The position numbers were made by a program, and so were the translations under genes. Positions 18,087 through 26,110 of a DNA stretch of 40,377 bases are shown here, one piece after another. The stretch is from a virus (lineage: Duplodnaviria > Caudoviricetes): IMG/VR virus record IMGVR_UViG_3300025018_000268, positions 1-40,377 of that record; one strand, written 5' to 3'. The notes below the pieces were generated by a model, which made no database searches, was not told where the DNA came from, and was given only the letters and a program-made list of their open reading frames with translations. The first letter of the stretch is position 1; each line of letters opens with the position of its first letter.

Positions 18087-18789
18087 TAATTCTGTTGACT
18101 TAGTTCTTACTGATCCTCCTTATTTTATAGGTTTCGATGGGGGAAAGGGTTGGGATTCTCAATGGAAAAGTGATCAAGAATATTTGGATTGGTGTAATCT
18201 ATGGACTAAAGAGTGTGTGAGAGTGTTGAAGCCAAATAGAATGATATTAGTTTGGGGAACATTGAAGACTGATATATTCCTTAGATACAAATTGGAGATC
18301 CTAAACAACATTGAGGATCTATACCCTCAGAATGAGATTATATGGTCTTATAATTGGGGAGGCAGGACAAAGAAAAATTTTGCCAGAAAACATGAATACG
18401 CTTGGTCATATAGTAAAGGGAAAGAATTCTTGTTCAATGCTGATGCTGTCCGAGTAGAGAGAAAACTAAAAATAAATATGAGGACAGGTAAAGCTTTTGC
18501 AAAAGGAACAATACCTACTTGTGTATGGGAGAAAAATAATCATACATGCTCTAAAGATGCGATAAATTGGCATCCAACAACAAAACCAGTTGAGATTCTT
18601 GATAGAATAATAAGAGCATATACCAATCCTGGTGATACTGTGTTAGATATTTTCATGGGTTCAGGTTCAACAGCTGTTGCTTGTCTTGAATCTAATAGAC
18701 AGTATATAGGTTGTGAAAAAGATCCTGAATATTTTGATAAGTTACAAAAAAGAATACATAGTAAAAAAGGTGTTCGTGATTTTTTATAA
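18040..18789 (+). CDS. Beta-class N4-cytosine/N6-adenine DNA methyltransferase
   Basis: LTDPPY precedes HPTTKP and VLDIFMGSGSTA. Confidence 0.93.
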   Translation: MIQMLDCLEYLSSINDNSVDLVLTDPPYFIGFDGGKGWDSQWKSDQEYLDWCNLWTKECVRVLKPNRMILVWGTLKTDIFLRYKLEILNNIEDLYPQNEIIWSYNWGGRTKKNFARKHEYAWSYSKGKEFLFNADAVRVERKLKINMRTGKAFAKGTIPTCVWEKNNHTCSKDAINWHPTTKPVEILDRIIRAYTNPGDTVLDIFMGSGSTAVACLESNRQYIGCEKDPEYFDKLQKRIHSKKGVRDFL

Positions 18790-18790
18790 A

Positions 18791-18865
18791 GCCTGGGTAT
18801 CCCAACGGCAGAGGAAATAGGTTTAGACCCTATCCAGTGAGAGTTCAAATCTCTCCCAGGTACCA
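18791..18865 (+). tRNA. tRNA-Leu(TAG), short variable loop
   Basis: GCCTGGG acceptor, ATAGG-TTTAGAC-CCTAT, GAGAG-TTCAAAT-CTCTC, ACCA. Confidence 0.87.
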
Positions 18866-18874
18866 AATTATAAG

Positions 18875-18948
18875 GCGGGTGTAGCTCAGAGGCAGAGCAG
18901 TAGGCTTCCACCCTATGTGCGAGATTTCGAAATTCTCCATCCGCTCCA
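18875..18948 (+). tRNA. tRNA-Gly(TCC)
   Basis: GCGGGTG/CATCCGC, GTAGG-CTTCCAC-CCTAT, U73, CCA. Confidence 0.9.
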
Positions 18949-18967
18949 AGTCAACTAAGGTGATAAT

Positions 18968-19186
18968 ATGTCTGACAGTAATTGGGAAAATATCATAGCA
19001 GAAACTAAGCCATTGTTTGACAAAAGATTTATTGAGAATAAAACAGGTAAAGTATACATTCTCTATGGCGTAGTTTACGCAAGTGATGATTACTATTATG
19101 GATTAGTAGATTTACAGGGAGAGAATTATCTTGCATCTTGTGTTACTGATTTACTTGGCAATGGTTTTAGATTGGTTGACAGGTAA
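18968..19186 (+). CDS. Hypothetical protein (72 aa)
   Basis: AAGGTG RBS. Confidence 0.65.
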   Translation: MSDSNWENIIAETKPLFDKRFIENKTGKVYILYGVVYASDDYYYGLVDLQGENYLASCVTDLLGNGFRLVDR

Positions 19187-19239
19187 TATGCAGGATGTTT
19201 ATAATGCAGTTGTTTCAAACATAAAATCAAAGGAGATTT

Positions 19240-19518
19240 ATGTATAAATTTTTTATAGCCATTGTATGTGTTGTTTTATTGTCATCTTGCAGCTGTGGTT
19301 ATCCTTATAAGGTCGGGGTATCTAGTTTGAGTTTTTCTTATGGTAATGTGGGAACTTATGGTGCAGGATCATTTTATAGTCATCCAGCGCCTGTTTATCA
19401 ACCTTATCCTGTTTATCAACCTTATCCTGTTTATAGAGATTATTCATACAGACATCGGAACTATTACCCTCATCCTAGGCCAGTGTATAGATCACATATG
19501 AGAAGAGATCGTTGGTAA
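19240..19518 (+). CDS. Putative lipoprotein with Pro/Tyr/Arg-rich tail
   Basis: Signal peptide with lipobox LLSSC; 18-nt repeat x2.5 (PVYQPY) at 19390-19434; promoter TTGACA 19176 / TATAAT 19200. Confidence 0.65.
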   Translation: MYKFFIAIVCVVLLSSCSCGYPYKVGVSSLSFSYGNVGTYGAGSFYSHPAPVYQPYPVYQPYPVYRDYSYRHRNYYPHPRPVYRSHMRRDRW

Positions 19519-19522
19519 AAAA

Positions 19523-19608
19523 GCTCCCTGTACATGGCTAGGTCTTCTAAACCCGACCTTTAAGCATATGAAGGAAGGTATCTGGTTCGATTCCAACAGG
19601 GAGTGCTA
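19523..19608 (+). tRNA. Atypical D-armless tRNA-like RNA, anticodon TCT (Arg)
   Basis: GCTCCCTGT/ACAGGGAGT terminal stem, GGT-CTTCTAA-ACC, long variable hairpin, TGG-TTCGATT-CCA; ends GCTA. Confidence 0.55.
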
Positions 19609-19621
19609 AAGGAGATTAATA

Positions 19622-19951
19622 ATGTTCAGTAATGAAATATTATTTAAGGACGTAAAGCCTGGGATGCTTATTCAAGGGCATAGACATTTTGGTTTGATTG
19701 CTGCAATACATCAAGAAGGAAACCTAGGAGCAATCTTCGAAGGCAAACCTTATTTGGAAATGTATGATGCTCAGGATGTGTACTATGGGTCGTCCTTATC
19801 TACATTTTTCCCTGAAGAAATGGTTACTGTGATTTCTGGTGAAGAGAGAGAAATAATTATCAAAAAAATACTGAAAGATTTGGAATTAAGATCAAATGAT
19901 ATACGAAAAGATTTAGTACGTGTTGAAGCTCTATTGGATGCGCAGGATTAG
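19622..19951 (+). CDS. Hypothetical protein (109 aa)
   Basis: AAGGAG RBS. Confidence 0.65.
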   Translation: MFSNEILFKDVKPGMLIQGHRHFGLIAAIHQEGNLGAIFEGKPYLEMYDAQDVYYGSSLSTFFPEEMVTVISGEEREIIIKKILKDLELRSNDIRKDLVRVEALLDAQD

Positions 19952-19978
19952 TTTAACGGTAGAACGAGTAACTGAAAA
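19942..19978 (+). pseudogene. 5'-half tRNA fragment
   Basis: GCAGGAT-TA-GTTT-AACGGTA-GAAC is a canonical 5' strand plus D arm, with no T arm or 3' acceptor strand downstream. Confidence 0.45.
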
Positions 19979-20019
19979 AGGTGCTGCCTTAATAAGATGG
20001 AAACCAAAAGGAGAATGAT

Positions 20020-20904
20020 TTGGAATTAGTTAATCAGGAAGTCCAGGAAATGATGGTTGTGCCTTCAACGTATGAGGATACAATAAGACACATAGAGAAG
20101 ATAGGAAGAATTTGCTATCAGTCAGAGGAATCCATAAAAGAAGGTTCAGCTGAAAAGTTTTGTTCTATGCTGTTCAATAAAGGCCATAATGCCATGATTG
20201 AGCATTCATGGGCGGTTTTGCGATTTAAAGATTTGGAAGAATCAGGATGGTATGATTATATCTTTGATCTGTTTCATTCTCCGTTTATGAAATTTGTTAA
20301 TGCTGATGATTGTGTTTATGTCTGTGGTAATTGGAGAGCATTCATTGAATGCCTGAATGAGGATAAGAATTTGGATTTCTTTAAAGGCATGCCATTTTCT
20401 ATTCTTAATTATTTGCCTCAAGGTGATGAGCTTAATGTTGATATTCTTCTTGATGATGAGATTCCTGAAAATCTTCGGGCTTTTACTGTTGTATTGAAAA
20501 CTGGAAGGGATGTTACCCATGAGCTTGTTCGACATCGTCCAGCATCATTCGCACAAGAAAGTCAAAGATATTGCGCATACCGAAAGGATGTAGAATTCAT
20601 TATTCCTTATTTCTATCAGGACATTGATTATTTCACTCCATTCAGTCGCAGAGTAAAGAAAAAAATTATATTCAATATGTGGAAGACATATCTTTGGGTT
20701 ACTGAAAAATTCTATAAATTCCTGCTCAGCTCAGGCGAGAAGCCTCAGGAAGCAAGATCAGTTCTTCCTAATTGTACTGCCACTCAAATAGCTATTACTG
20801 CTGATGTACCTGAATGGAAACACATTTTCAAATTGAGGACTTCTCCTGCTGCTTATCCTCAAATTAGAAACCTAATGAGAAAAGTGGAAGATTGGCTTTT
20901 CTAA
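20020..20904 (+). CDS. thyX: Flavin-dependent thymidylate synthase
   Basis: GRICYQS, GHNAMIEH, HELVRHRPASFAQESQRY (RHRx7S), EARSVLPN, LRTSPAAYPQIR. Confidence 0.93.
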   Translation: MELVNQEVQEMMVVPSTYEDTIRHIEKIGRICYQSEESIKEGSAEKFCSMLFNKGHNAMIEHSWAVLRFKDLEESGWYDYIFDLFHSPFMKFVNADDCVYVCGNWRAFIECLNEDKNLDFFKGMPFSILNYLPQGDELNVDILLDDEIPENLRAFTVVLKTGRDVTHELVRHRPASFAQESQRYCAYRKDVEFIIPYFYQDIDYFTPFSRRVKKKIIFNMWKTYLWVTEKFYKFLLSSGEKPQEARSVLPNCTATQIAITADVPEWKHIFKLRTSPAAYPQIRNLMRKVEDWLF

Positions 20905-20988
20905 AATAATAAATAGGAATATACAATGAAACAATTTTATACAGCAGGATATATTTAGGTAACCTTAACCAAAGGAGCTTAAACATAT

Positions 20989-21219
20989 ATGAGAATATCA
21001 GAGGTGTACGCCAAAACCAGTAATAGTTCAGTTTACAAAAAAGCAAGAAAATGGGTTCTTGAAAGTAAATGTGAAATTAAATGTGGATATTGTCCTTATC
21101 ATAAACATGAAAATTGGTCCCGCCACAATGATAGCTGTAATTGGAAAAAATACAGAAGAACACAATACAAGAACAAGGCTATATTCTCTGGCGAGGTGAT
21201 ACAGCTGCAACCTGTATAA
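20989..21219 (+). CDS. Small basic Cys/His protein (3' end overlaps tRNA-Cys)
   Basis: AAGGAG RBS; CGYCPYH..EN and WKKYRRTQYK. Confidence 0.55.
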   Translation: MRISEVYAKTSNSSVYKKARKWVLESKCEIKCGYCPYHKHENWSRHNDSCNWKKYRRTQYKNKAIFSGEVIQLQPV

Positions 21220-21248
21220 ACCCAGTTCGATTCTGGGTATGGCTTCCA
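21177..21248 (+). tRNA. tRNA-Cys(GCA), reduced D arm
   Basis: GGCTATA/TATGGCT, TACAG-CTGCAAC-CTGTA, CCCAG-TTCGATT-CTGGG, U73, CCA. Confidence 0.78.
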
Positions 21249-21258
21249 AATTTAAAGC

Positions 21259-21332
21259 AGGGGATTAGTTCAATGGTAGAATATCAGCTTCCAACCCTGA
21301 AGATGAGGGTTCGATTCCTACATCCCTTGCCA
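21259..21332 (+). tRNA. tRNA-Trp(CCA)
   Basis: AGGGGAT/ATCCCTT, G73, loop TTCCAAC with one stem mismatch, CCA. Confidence 0.75.
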
Positions 21333-21334
21333 AT

Positions 21335-21406
21335 GCTCCCTTAGGCGGCACCTACTCAAACGCTACGAACGTTTTATGGTCAGTTCAACTCTGACAGGGA
21401 GTTCCA
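21335..21406 (+). tRNA. tRNA-Arg(ACG), atypical D arm
   Basis: GCTCCCT/AGGGAGT, AAACG-CTACGAA-CGTTT, GTCAG-TTCAACT-CTGAC, CCA. Confidence 0.75.
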
Positions 21407-21422
21407 GAATTAGGAGGATACA

Positions 21423-21614
21423 ATGAATACTGATGATATGTTCACTTACAAGATTTGGGATAAGAAAGAAAAAGTATATGATTCTAATGGGAATTATGGA
21501 CGAGCTGCTTATGATTGTTTCCCAGCCAAATCTGCTGCGAAAATTGCAGGTAGACGTTTAGGTGCAGGTAATTACGAGATACATAAATTTAAATTGGAAA
21601 GGGTGCATGAATGA
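21423..21614 (+). CDS. Hypothetical protein (63 aa)
   Basis: AGGAGG RBS; ATGA overlap with the next gene. Confidence 0.65.
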   Translation: MNTDDMFTYKIWDKKEKVYDSNGNYGRAAYDCFPAKSAAKIAGRRLGAGNYEIHKFKLERVHE

Positions 21615-21946
21615 AAGGGACGGAGAAATATACAAAGGTTGAGGCTGTTGATGAAAAAGAATACAATGCCCATCATCATTACGAGGTCCATAATGCTGAA
21701 AATCAAGAGTGCTTGACTAACATTTATTTTCAAAAAGGACCCATCAAAGAATGTGGTGTTAATGGCTGCCATCATGAGGACCTTATTGCTATTGTGCTTG
21801 ACAGATTAGACAGCTTCCAGGAATCTCCTTATAATTGCTATGAAAATGCTATGGCAATCAGGAGCTTGGAGGATGCTATGGCATGGCTGAGGAAAAGAAC
21901 TGATAAGAGAGAAGAAAGAGGCGTGGAAGGCACCCACATAATTTAA
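21611..21946 (+). CDS. tad1: Tad1-like anti-Thoeris/anti-CBASS sponge protein
   Basis: AHHHY..FQKGP...GVNG..EDL..IV.DRL.SFQ..P...EN..A...LE.A..W...R...R.ERGVEGT matches the Tad1 family pattern as recalled. Confidence 0.82.
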   Translation: MKGTEKYTKVEAVDEKEYNAHHHYEVHNAENQECLTNIYFQKGPIKECGVNGCHHEDLIAIVLDRLDSFQESPYNCYENAMAIRSLEDAMAWLRKRTDKREERGVEGTHII

Positions 21947-21958
21947 GGAGAATGCACA

Positions 21959-22285
21959 ATGATTGAAGAAAAAGAATTTATAGATCTGCTGGGAGATGTG
22001 ACAGAGGAATTTGCATCAAGAGAAACTCATAATCCTATCGATGGGAATTATGTCTTTGCTGCTCTGAGTGTAGAAAAGCCAATGGAGATGAGAACCCAGT
22101 TTGATGCTGTCACCTTCTCTGCTAAGGATAAATTTCTCCCTAATATGATAATTACATACATTACTGAAATTATCAAGAGTGGCGGGTCTGATGAATGCAT
22201 CCTCAGCGCTGAAGCTCTTCTTGATCGTGTTTTTGCATACCAAGCAGAACATGGTACAGAATTACCTTCGGATACATTAAAATAA
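21959..22285 (+). CDS. Hypothetical protein (108 aa)
   Basis: AAGGAG RBS; same operon as the Tad1-like gene. Confidence 0.7.
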   Translation: MIEEKEFIDLLGDVTEEFASRETHNPIDGNYVFAALSVEKPMEMRTQFDAVTFSAKDKFLPNMIITYITEIIKSGGSDECILSAEALLDRVFAYQAEHGTELPSDTLK

Positions 22286-22309
22286 TTTCAAAATAATTTC
22301 ATTTTTATG

Positions 22310-22389
22310 TTGACACTTCCTGAGGATAATGTTATACTCTTTATATAGGATTGATTGGGAGAAAAACAAAATTATGAGGAGAAAACAAC
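22310..22389 (+). promoter_or_regulatory. Repeated early promoter/leader/RBS cassette
   Basis: TTGACA-17-TATACT, 22-nt core with one mismatch, GAGGAG. Confidence 0.85.
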
Positions 22390-22698
22390 ATGAATGATGC
22401 TGAATATAAAAAGGCACTTAAGGCAGCAAGAATGGACTATGACCGAGCAGTAAATAAAATCAGCACTGATTTTGCATTTTCAAACAATACGATAAAGATT
22501 GGTGACTTTGTTACTGATCATGTTGGTACTGTCAAAGTTGAAAAAATTGGTGTTTATACTGGTCTTAGCCAAAATCCAAAATGTACCTACTTTGGTACCT
22601 GCTATACTAAGAAAGGCGCTCCTTATAAGGACGATAAAAAAGCTACTGTGTATCAAAAAAATGTTTTAAAGGTGAATAGCGAAGTTTACAAGCAATAA
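22390..22698 (+). CDS. Hypothetical protein, paralog of 22964-23278
   Basis: Shares EYK, FA..NN....GD.V, KVEKI and YTKKG.PYKD with the paralog. Confidence 0.75.
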   Translation: MNDAEYKKALKAARMDYDRAVNKISTDFAFSNNTIKIGDFVTDHVGTVKVEKIGVYTGLSQNPKCTYFGTCYTKKGAPYKDDKKATVYQKNVLKVNSEVYKQ

Positions 22699-22699
22699 A

Positions 22700-22786
22700 G
22701 GCTAGTTGTGCTAATGATATGCGGTTTGTTTGCTAAACAAGTCCAGGGTAAAACCTATGAAAGTTCGAATCTTTCACTAGCCGTCA
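22700..22786 (+). tRNA. tRNA-Ser(GCT)
   Basis: GGCTAGT/ACTAGCC, TTGT-TTGCTAA-ACAA, long variable arm, GAAAG-TTCGAAT-CTTTC, G73; ends TCA and D loop is degenerate. Confidence 0.75.
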
Positions 22787-22799
22787 AAAAGAAGGTGTT

Positions 22800-22967
22800 A
22801 TGAAAGCAAGACAAAAGAAAAAGAACGATAAAAAGCAAGAGAAGTGTCCTGAATGTTCTTCCACAGATGGAATCATAGGAATTTTTTCTCACGGTAAGCT
22901 CAAAAGGACACTTTTCTTGTATTGCTCTAAATGTGAATACACTTATAAATCTGGTGAAACTGAATGA
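22800..22967 (+). CDS. Small basic zinc-ribbon protein (55 aa)
   Basis: AAGGTG RBS; CPEC...CSKC; ATGA overlap with the next gene. Confidence 0.65.
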   Translation: MKARQKKKNDKKQEKCPECSSTDGIIGIFSHGKLKRTLFLYCSKCEYTYKSGETE

Positions 22968-23278
22968 ATTTGGATGAGTATAAAGCAGAGATAAAAAGAC
23001 TCACTGAGCTGCCAAATACATACAATGAACAGATGGCATTGGGGCGAAAATTTGCATTGGATAATAACAAGGTAAATGTTGGCGATATAGTCAGCTCTTC
23101 ATATGCTCATTTGAAGGTTGAAAAAATTATAGTAAATCTCTCCTCAAATGTTCCTTTCTGTATCTACTCTGGCATTAGATACACGAAAAAAGGAACGCCA
23201 TATAAAGATGGGAGTCGAATAGGCATTCCATCTTATGGTGTCACAAGAATTTTACCTGGGTATATAGATGAATATTAA
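22964..23278 (+). CDS. Hypothetical protein, paralog of 22390-22698
   Basis: Same motif series as the paralog. Confidence 0.75.
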   Translation: MNLDEYKAEIKRLTELPNTYNEQMALGRKFALDNNKVNVGDIVSSSYAHLKVEKIIVNLSSNVPFCIYSGIRYTKKGTPYKDGSRIGIPSYGVTRILPGYIDEY

Positions 23279-23301
23279 TCATGCTCATAAGAAGATTTAT
23301 G

Positions 23302-23378
23302 TTGACAACACCAAAAAATAATGTTATACTCTTTATATAAGATGAATTGAGAGACAAAAAATTCTGAGGAGGGAGTAA
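23302..23378 (+). promoter_or_regulatory. Repeated early promoter/leader/RBS cassette
   Basis: TTGACA-17-TATACT, exact 22-nt core at 23322-23343, TTCTGAGGAG. Confidence 0.85.
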
Positions 23379-23708
23379 ATGACCAAAACCCAACAATTGA
23401 TTATAAGGGCCTGTAAATCAAAAAACCCACAGAGAAGGCTCCGTAGTGTGTATCGAAGGTTTTACGGCAGATTTGATTATGATATTGAATCTAGATATCT
23501 GTCTATTGTTGTTTGTGATGTAGTTGATGATTACATCAAGCCATCCACATTTGATGTAATTACAGGCGTTTCAGGTTGGGATTTCATTCCTAAATTGAAT
23601 GCTTTCGATCATAATCAAAAGGTCTTACAATATTTGATGGATTTGATTAGATTCTCGGAGGAATCAAAATTCCCAGGATTAACAAAAGCAGCAAAATTTA
23701 GAAATTGA
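23379..23708 (+). CDS. Hypothetical basic protein (109 aa)
   Basis: ORF directly behind a promoter cassette. Confidence 0.72.
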   Translation: MTKTQQLIIRACKSKNPQRRLRSVYRRFYGRFDYDIESRYLSIVVCDVVDDYIKPSTFDVITGVSGWDFIPKLNAFDHNQKVLQYLMDLIRFSEESKFPGLTKAAKFRN

Positions 23709-23794
23709 ACACAGGTGATGTAATGGAATATACAAAGAGTTTAGGCTTCTTTGCTTGCAAGGGATTGAGAGTTCAAATCTCTCTCAGTGTACTA
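23709..23794 (+). tRNA. Degenerate tRNA-Leu(TAG), long variable arm
   Basis: ACACAGG/TCAGTGT, AAGAG-TTTAGGC-TTCTT, GAGAG-TTCAAAT-CTCTC; ends ACTA. Confidence 0.55.
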
Positions 23795-23807
23795 AATTAG
23801 AAAAAAG

Positions 23808-23911
23808 AAAAGGAATGTCAATTTAATTGTTGACATTCCTTTTTTTATTTGTTATACTCTTTATATAAGATTGATTGTGAGACAAAAAATAAATTCTGTG
23901 AGGAGAGTAAA
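23808..23911 (+). promoter_or_regulatory. Terminator hairpin fused to an early promoter cassette
   Basis: 14-bp inverted repeat AAAAGGAATGTCAA/TTGACATTCCTTTT whose 3' arm begins with the -35 box (23830); TATACT 23853. Confidence 0.82.
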
Positions 23912-24430
23912 ATGTTTAAAGCTGAAGTTGATGATGTAATACAATTCATTGTTGATAGCAATCGTGTAAAATCCGAATTAGGTAAGAATTTCTTTCTTTT
24001 AGATTCAGGAGTCACTCAGAAGGAGGCTTTGTATATCAAATTTGAGGTCAGAGTAAGAGACTTTAAAGCGAAAGGCGATAGAATTATCCGTGATGAAGAA
24101 CTTTCTTGCCCTGTACATATGATCTTTTTCGGCGATACAAGTGTGTTTTTCTATGCTGATAAAAATCTTGAATGTAGTGACATTCCTTCTCCTGAATTGT
24201 TCGTCAATACATCAAATCATAATTCTTGTTGGCGAAGTGATGGCTTCAGTAAATTAAATGAATTGTATTTTGATATGTGTGAAGAAATAAACCCAAAGAT
24301 GGATCCTGATAATTTAGAATCATATGTGAATTTTTCATTTGTTTCCATGAAAAAAGTTGATGTTACTTATGCTTCTGCTGAAGATTATGGTTGTAATCTT
24401 TTAAGCATTACAAAAAAGGAGGTTGAATAA
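23912..24430 (+). CDS. Hypothetical protein
   Basis: ATG 23912 follows GAGGAG; the track start at 23849 lies inside the promoter. Confidence 0.7.
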   Translation: MFKAEVDDVIQFIVDSNRVKSELGKNFFLLDSGVTQKEALYIKFEVRVRDFKAKGDRIIRDEELSCPVHMIFFGDTSVFFYADKNLECSDIPSPELFVNTSNHNSCWRSDGFSKLNELYFDMCEEINPKMDPDNLESYVNFSFVSMKKVDVTYASAEDYGCNLLSITKKEVE

Positions 24431-24431
24431 T

Positions 24432-25607
24432 ATGGAAAGAGTTGTGATACATACGAATCACCCAATTAAATTATGGGTTGGTGATGATTTTGAACACGAG
24501 GCATTACAGCAAGCAATCAATGTTGCCAATCTTCCTGATATCTTTCGGCATGTAGCAATTATGCCTGATGCGCATATGGGAATGGGGGTGCCAATTGGTT
24601 GTGTTTTTGCTACTCAAAAAACCGTTGTCCCTAATGCTGTTGGTGTGGATATTGGTTGTGGTATGACTGCTGTTAAATTACCTGTTACAGAATGGCAAAT
24701 CCGTGAGGCAGCAACCGTAATCATCAATGATATTCATCAATCAGGAATTCTTTCTGTTCGTCAGCAGAATCCAATGTTTGATTTACAATATTATCTTAAA
24801 AAACCCTGTACTGACTTTGTGAATTTACATTTGGGCAATGCAGTAAATCAATTAGGAACCTTAGGTGGCGGGAATCATTTCATTGAATTCCAAAGAGACC
24901 ATAATAATGATATATGGTTGATGATACATTCAGGTTCCAGAAATCTAGGACAGAAAATTGGTGTTGAGTATAACATGATTGCTGAGGACCTGAATGAAAG
25001 ATATTTCTCTTCTGTCCATACATCCCATAAATTGGCATTTCTTCCTTTGGATTCTGAGGAAGGAAAGAATTATATCAAGGACATGAATTTTGCAGTTGCA
25101 TACGCAAAGGCAAACAGGAGAACGATTATCATGACCATTCTTGATATACTGGAAAAGATTTATCCTGATGTGTCAAAAGTTGATTTCGATGATGATTCAA
25201 TCAATTCAACTCATAATTTCGCAAGACTGGAATATCATTTCGGACATAATGTGATGGTTCATCGTAAAGGTGCCACTTTCGCTGGTTCAGGAGAGATTGG
25301 TTTAATTCCAGGGTCTCAAGGAACATGCTCTTACATTGTTGAAGGAAAAGGAAACAGAGATTCATTTGATTCCTGTTCTCATGGAGCTGGCAGAAAGTAT
25401 TCAAGAACCAAAGCAAGAACTACACTTGATCTTGATTACGAGCAATTATTTATGGATGAACAGAACATAATCCATAATATGACTTCAGTATCAAATTTAG
25501 ATGAGGCTGCTGGTGCCTATAAAGATATTGATGAGGTAATGACATTACAGCAAGACCTTGTTAGTATCACTCATAAACTTTCACCTATTCTTGTTGTCAA
25601 AAACTAA
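24432..25607 (+). CDS. rtcB: RtcB 3'-5' RNA ligase
   Basis: MPDAHMG, GVDIGCG, LGTLGGGNHFIE, HSGSR, HN, VHRKGAT, SCSHGAGR, DEAAGAYKDI. Confidence 0.97.
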   Translation: MERVVIHTNHPIKLWVGDDFEHEALQQAINVANLPDIFRHVAIMPDAHMGMGVPIGCVFATQKTVVPNAVGVDIGCGMTAVKLPVTEWQIREAATVIINDIHQSGILSVRQQNPMFDLQYYLKKPCTDFVNLHLGNAVNQLGTLGGGNHFIEFQRDHNNDIWLMIHSGSRNLGQKIGVEYNMIAEDLNERYFSSVHTSHKLAFLPLDSEEGKNYIKDMNFAVAYAKANRRTIIMTILDILEKIYPDVSKVDFDDDSINSTHNFARLEYHFGHNVMVHRKGATFAGSGEIGLIPGSQGTCSYIVEGKGNRDSFDSCSHGAGRKYSRTKARTTLDLDYEQLFMDEQNIIHNMTSVSNLDEAAGAYKDIDEVMTLQQDLVSITHKLSPILVVKN

Positions 25608-25619
25608 GGAGATTTATAT

Positions 25620-25814
25620 ATGGAAACAGACTGGAAACCTGGTGATGTGATAGAATTCTGTGAAAATCTTTATATTGTGGTTGAAAATCATGGTGACTCT
25701 GGTGTTGTTAGAGAAAATTGTGAAGGTGGCTTAGTCATTAGCCATTGGCAATGGGATTTCGCAGGAGCTAAGTGTGAATTAGTAAAATCTGCTGATAGCA
25801 ATAAAACTGCTTAG
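25620..25814 (+). CDS. Hypothetical protein (64 aa)
   Basis: AAGGAG RBS. Confidence 0.65.
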   Translation: METDWKPGDVIEFCENLYIVVENHGDSGVVRENCEGGLVISHWQWDFAGAKCELVKSADSNKTA

Positions 25815-25890
25815 AATCGTCCTGAAGATGCAGTTGTAGGAAGACATATCAATATATAAAACCTAAAATTTAATGCGAGGAGAAGCAGCC

Positions 25891-26109
25891 ATGAATGCGG
25901 AGATCAAATTTAAGAAAGACGGTCGATTAAAAATATTTGTTAATGTAGAACCGAGCACCCATAACCAGAATCAAGAAGTAATTTCATATAAGATTGTTGA
26001 AAAGCGGGAAGGCGATATGTTTAAGGTGTCCATGAAAACTACCAACCTTTGGTCGACTGTTTTCGAGGACAATTCTTTAGAATTCATTTTTGGAACACTA
26101 GGGATATAA
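25891..26109 (+). CDS. Hypothetical protein
   Basis: GAGGAG RBS before ATG 25891. Confidence 0.6.
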   Translation: MNAEIKFKKDGRLKIFVNVEPSTHNQNQEVISYKIVEKREGDMFKVSMKTTNLWSTVFEDNSLEFIFGTLGI

Positions 26110-26110
26110 T

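Noticed and set aside
20926-20956. MKQFYTAGYI* mini-ORF resembling a capsid tag
   Set aside because: Only 10 codons with no Glu cleavage site; consistent with chance.
21141-21344. 67-aa plus-strand ORF
   Set aside because: It overlaps tRNA-Cys and tRNA-Trp.
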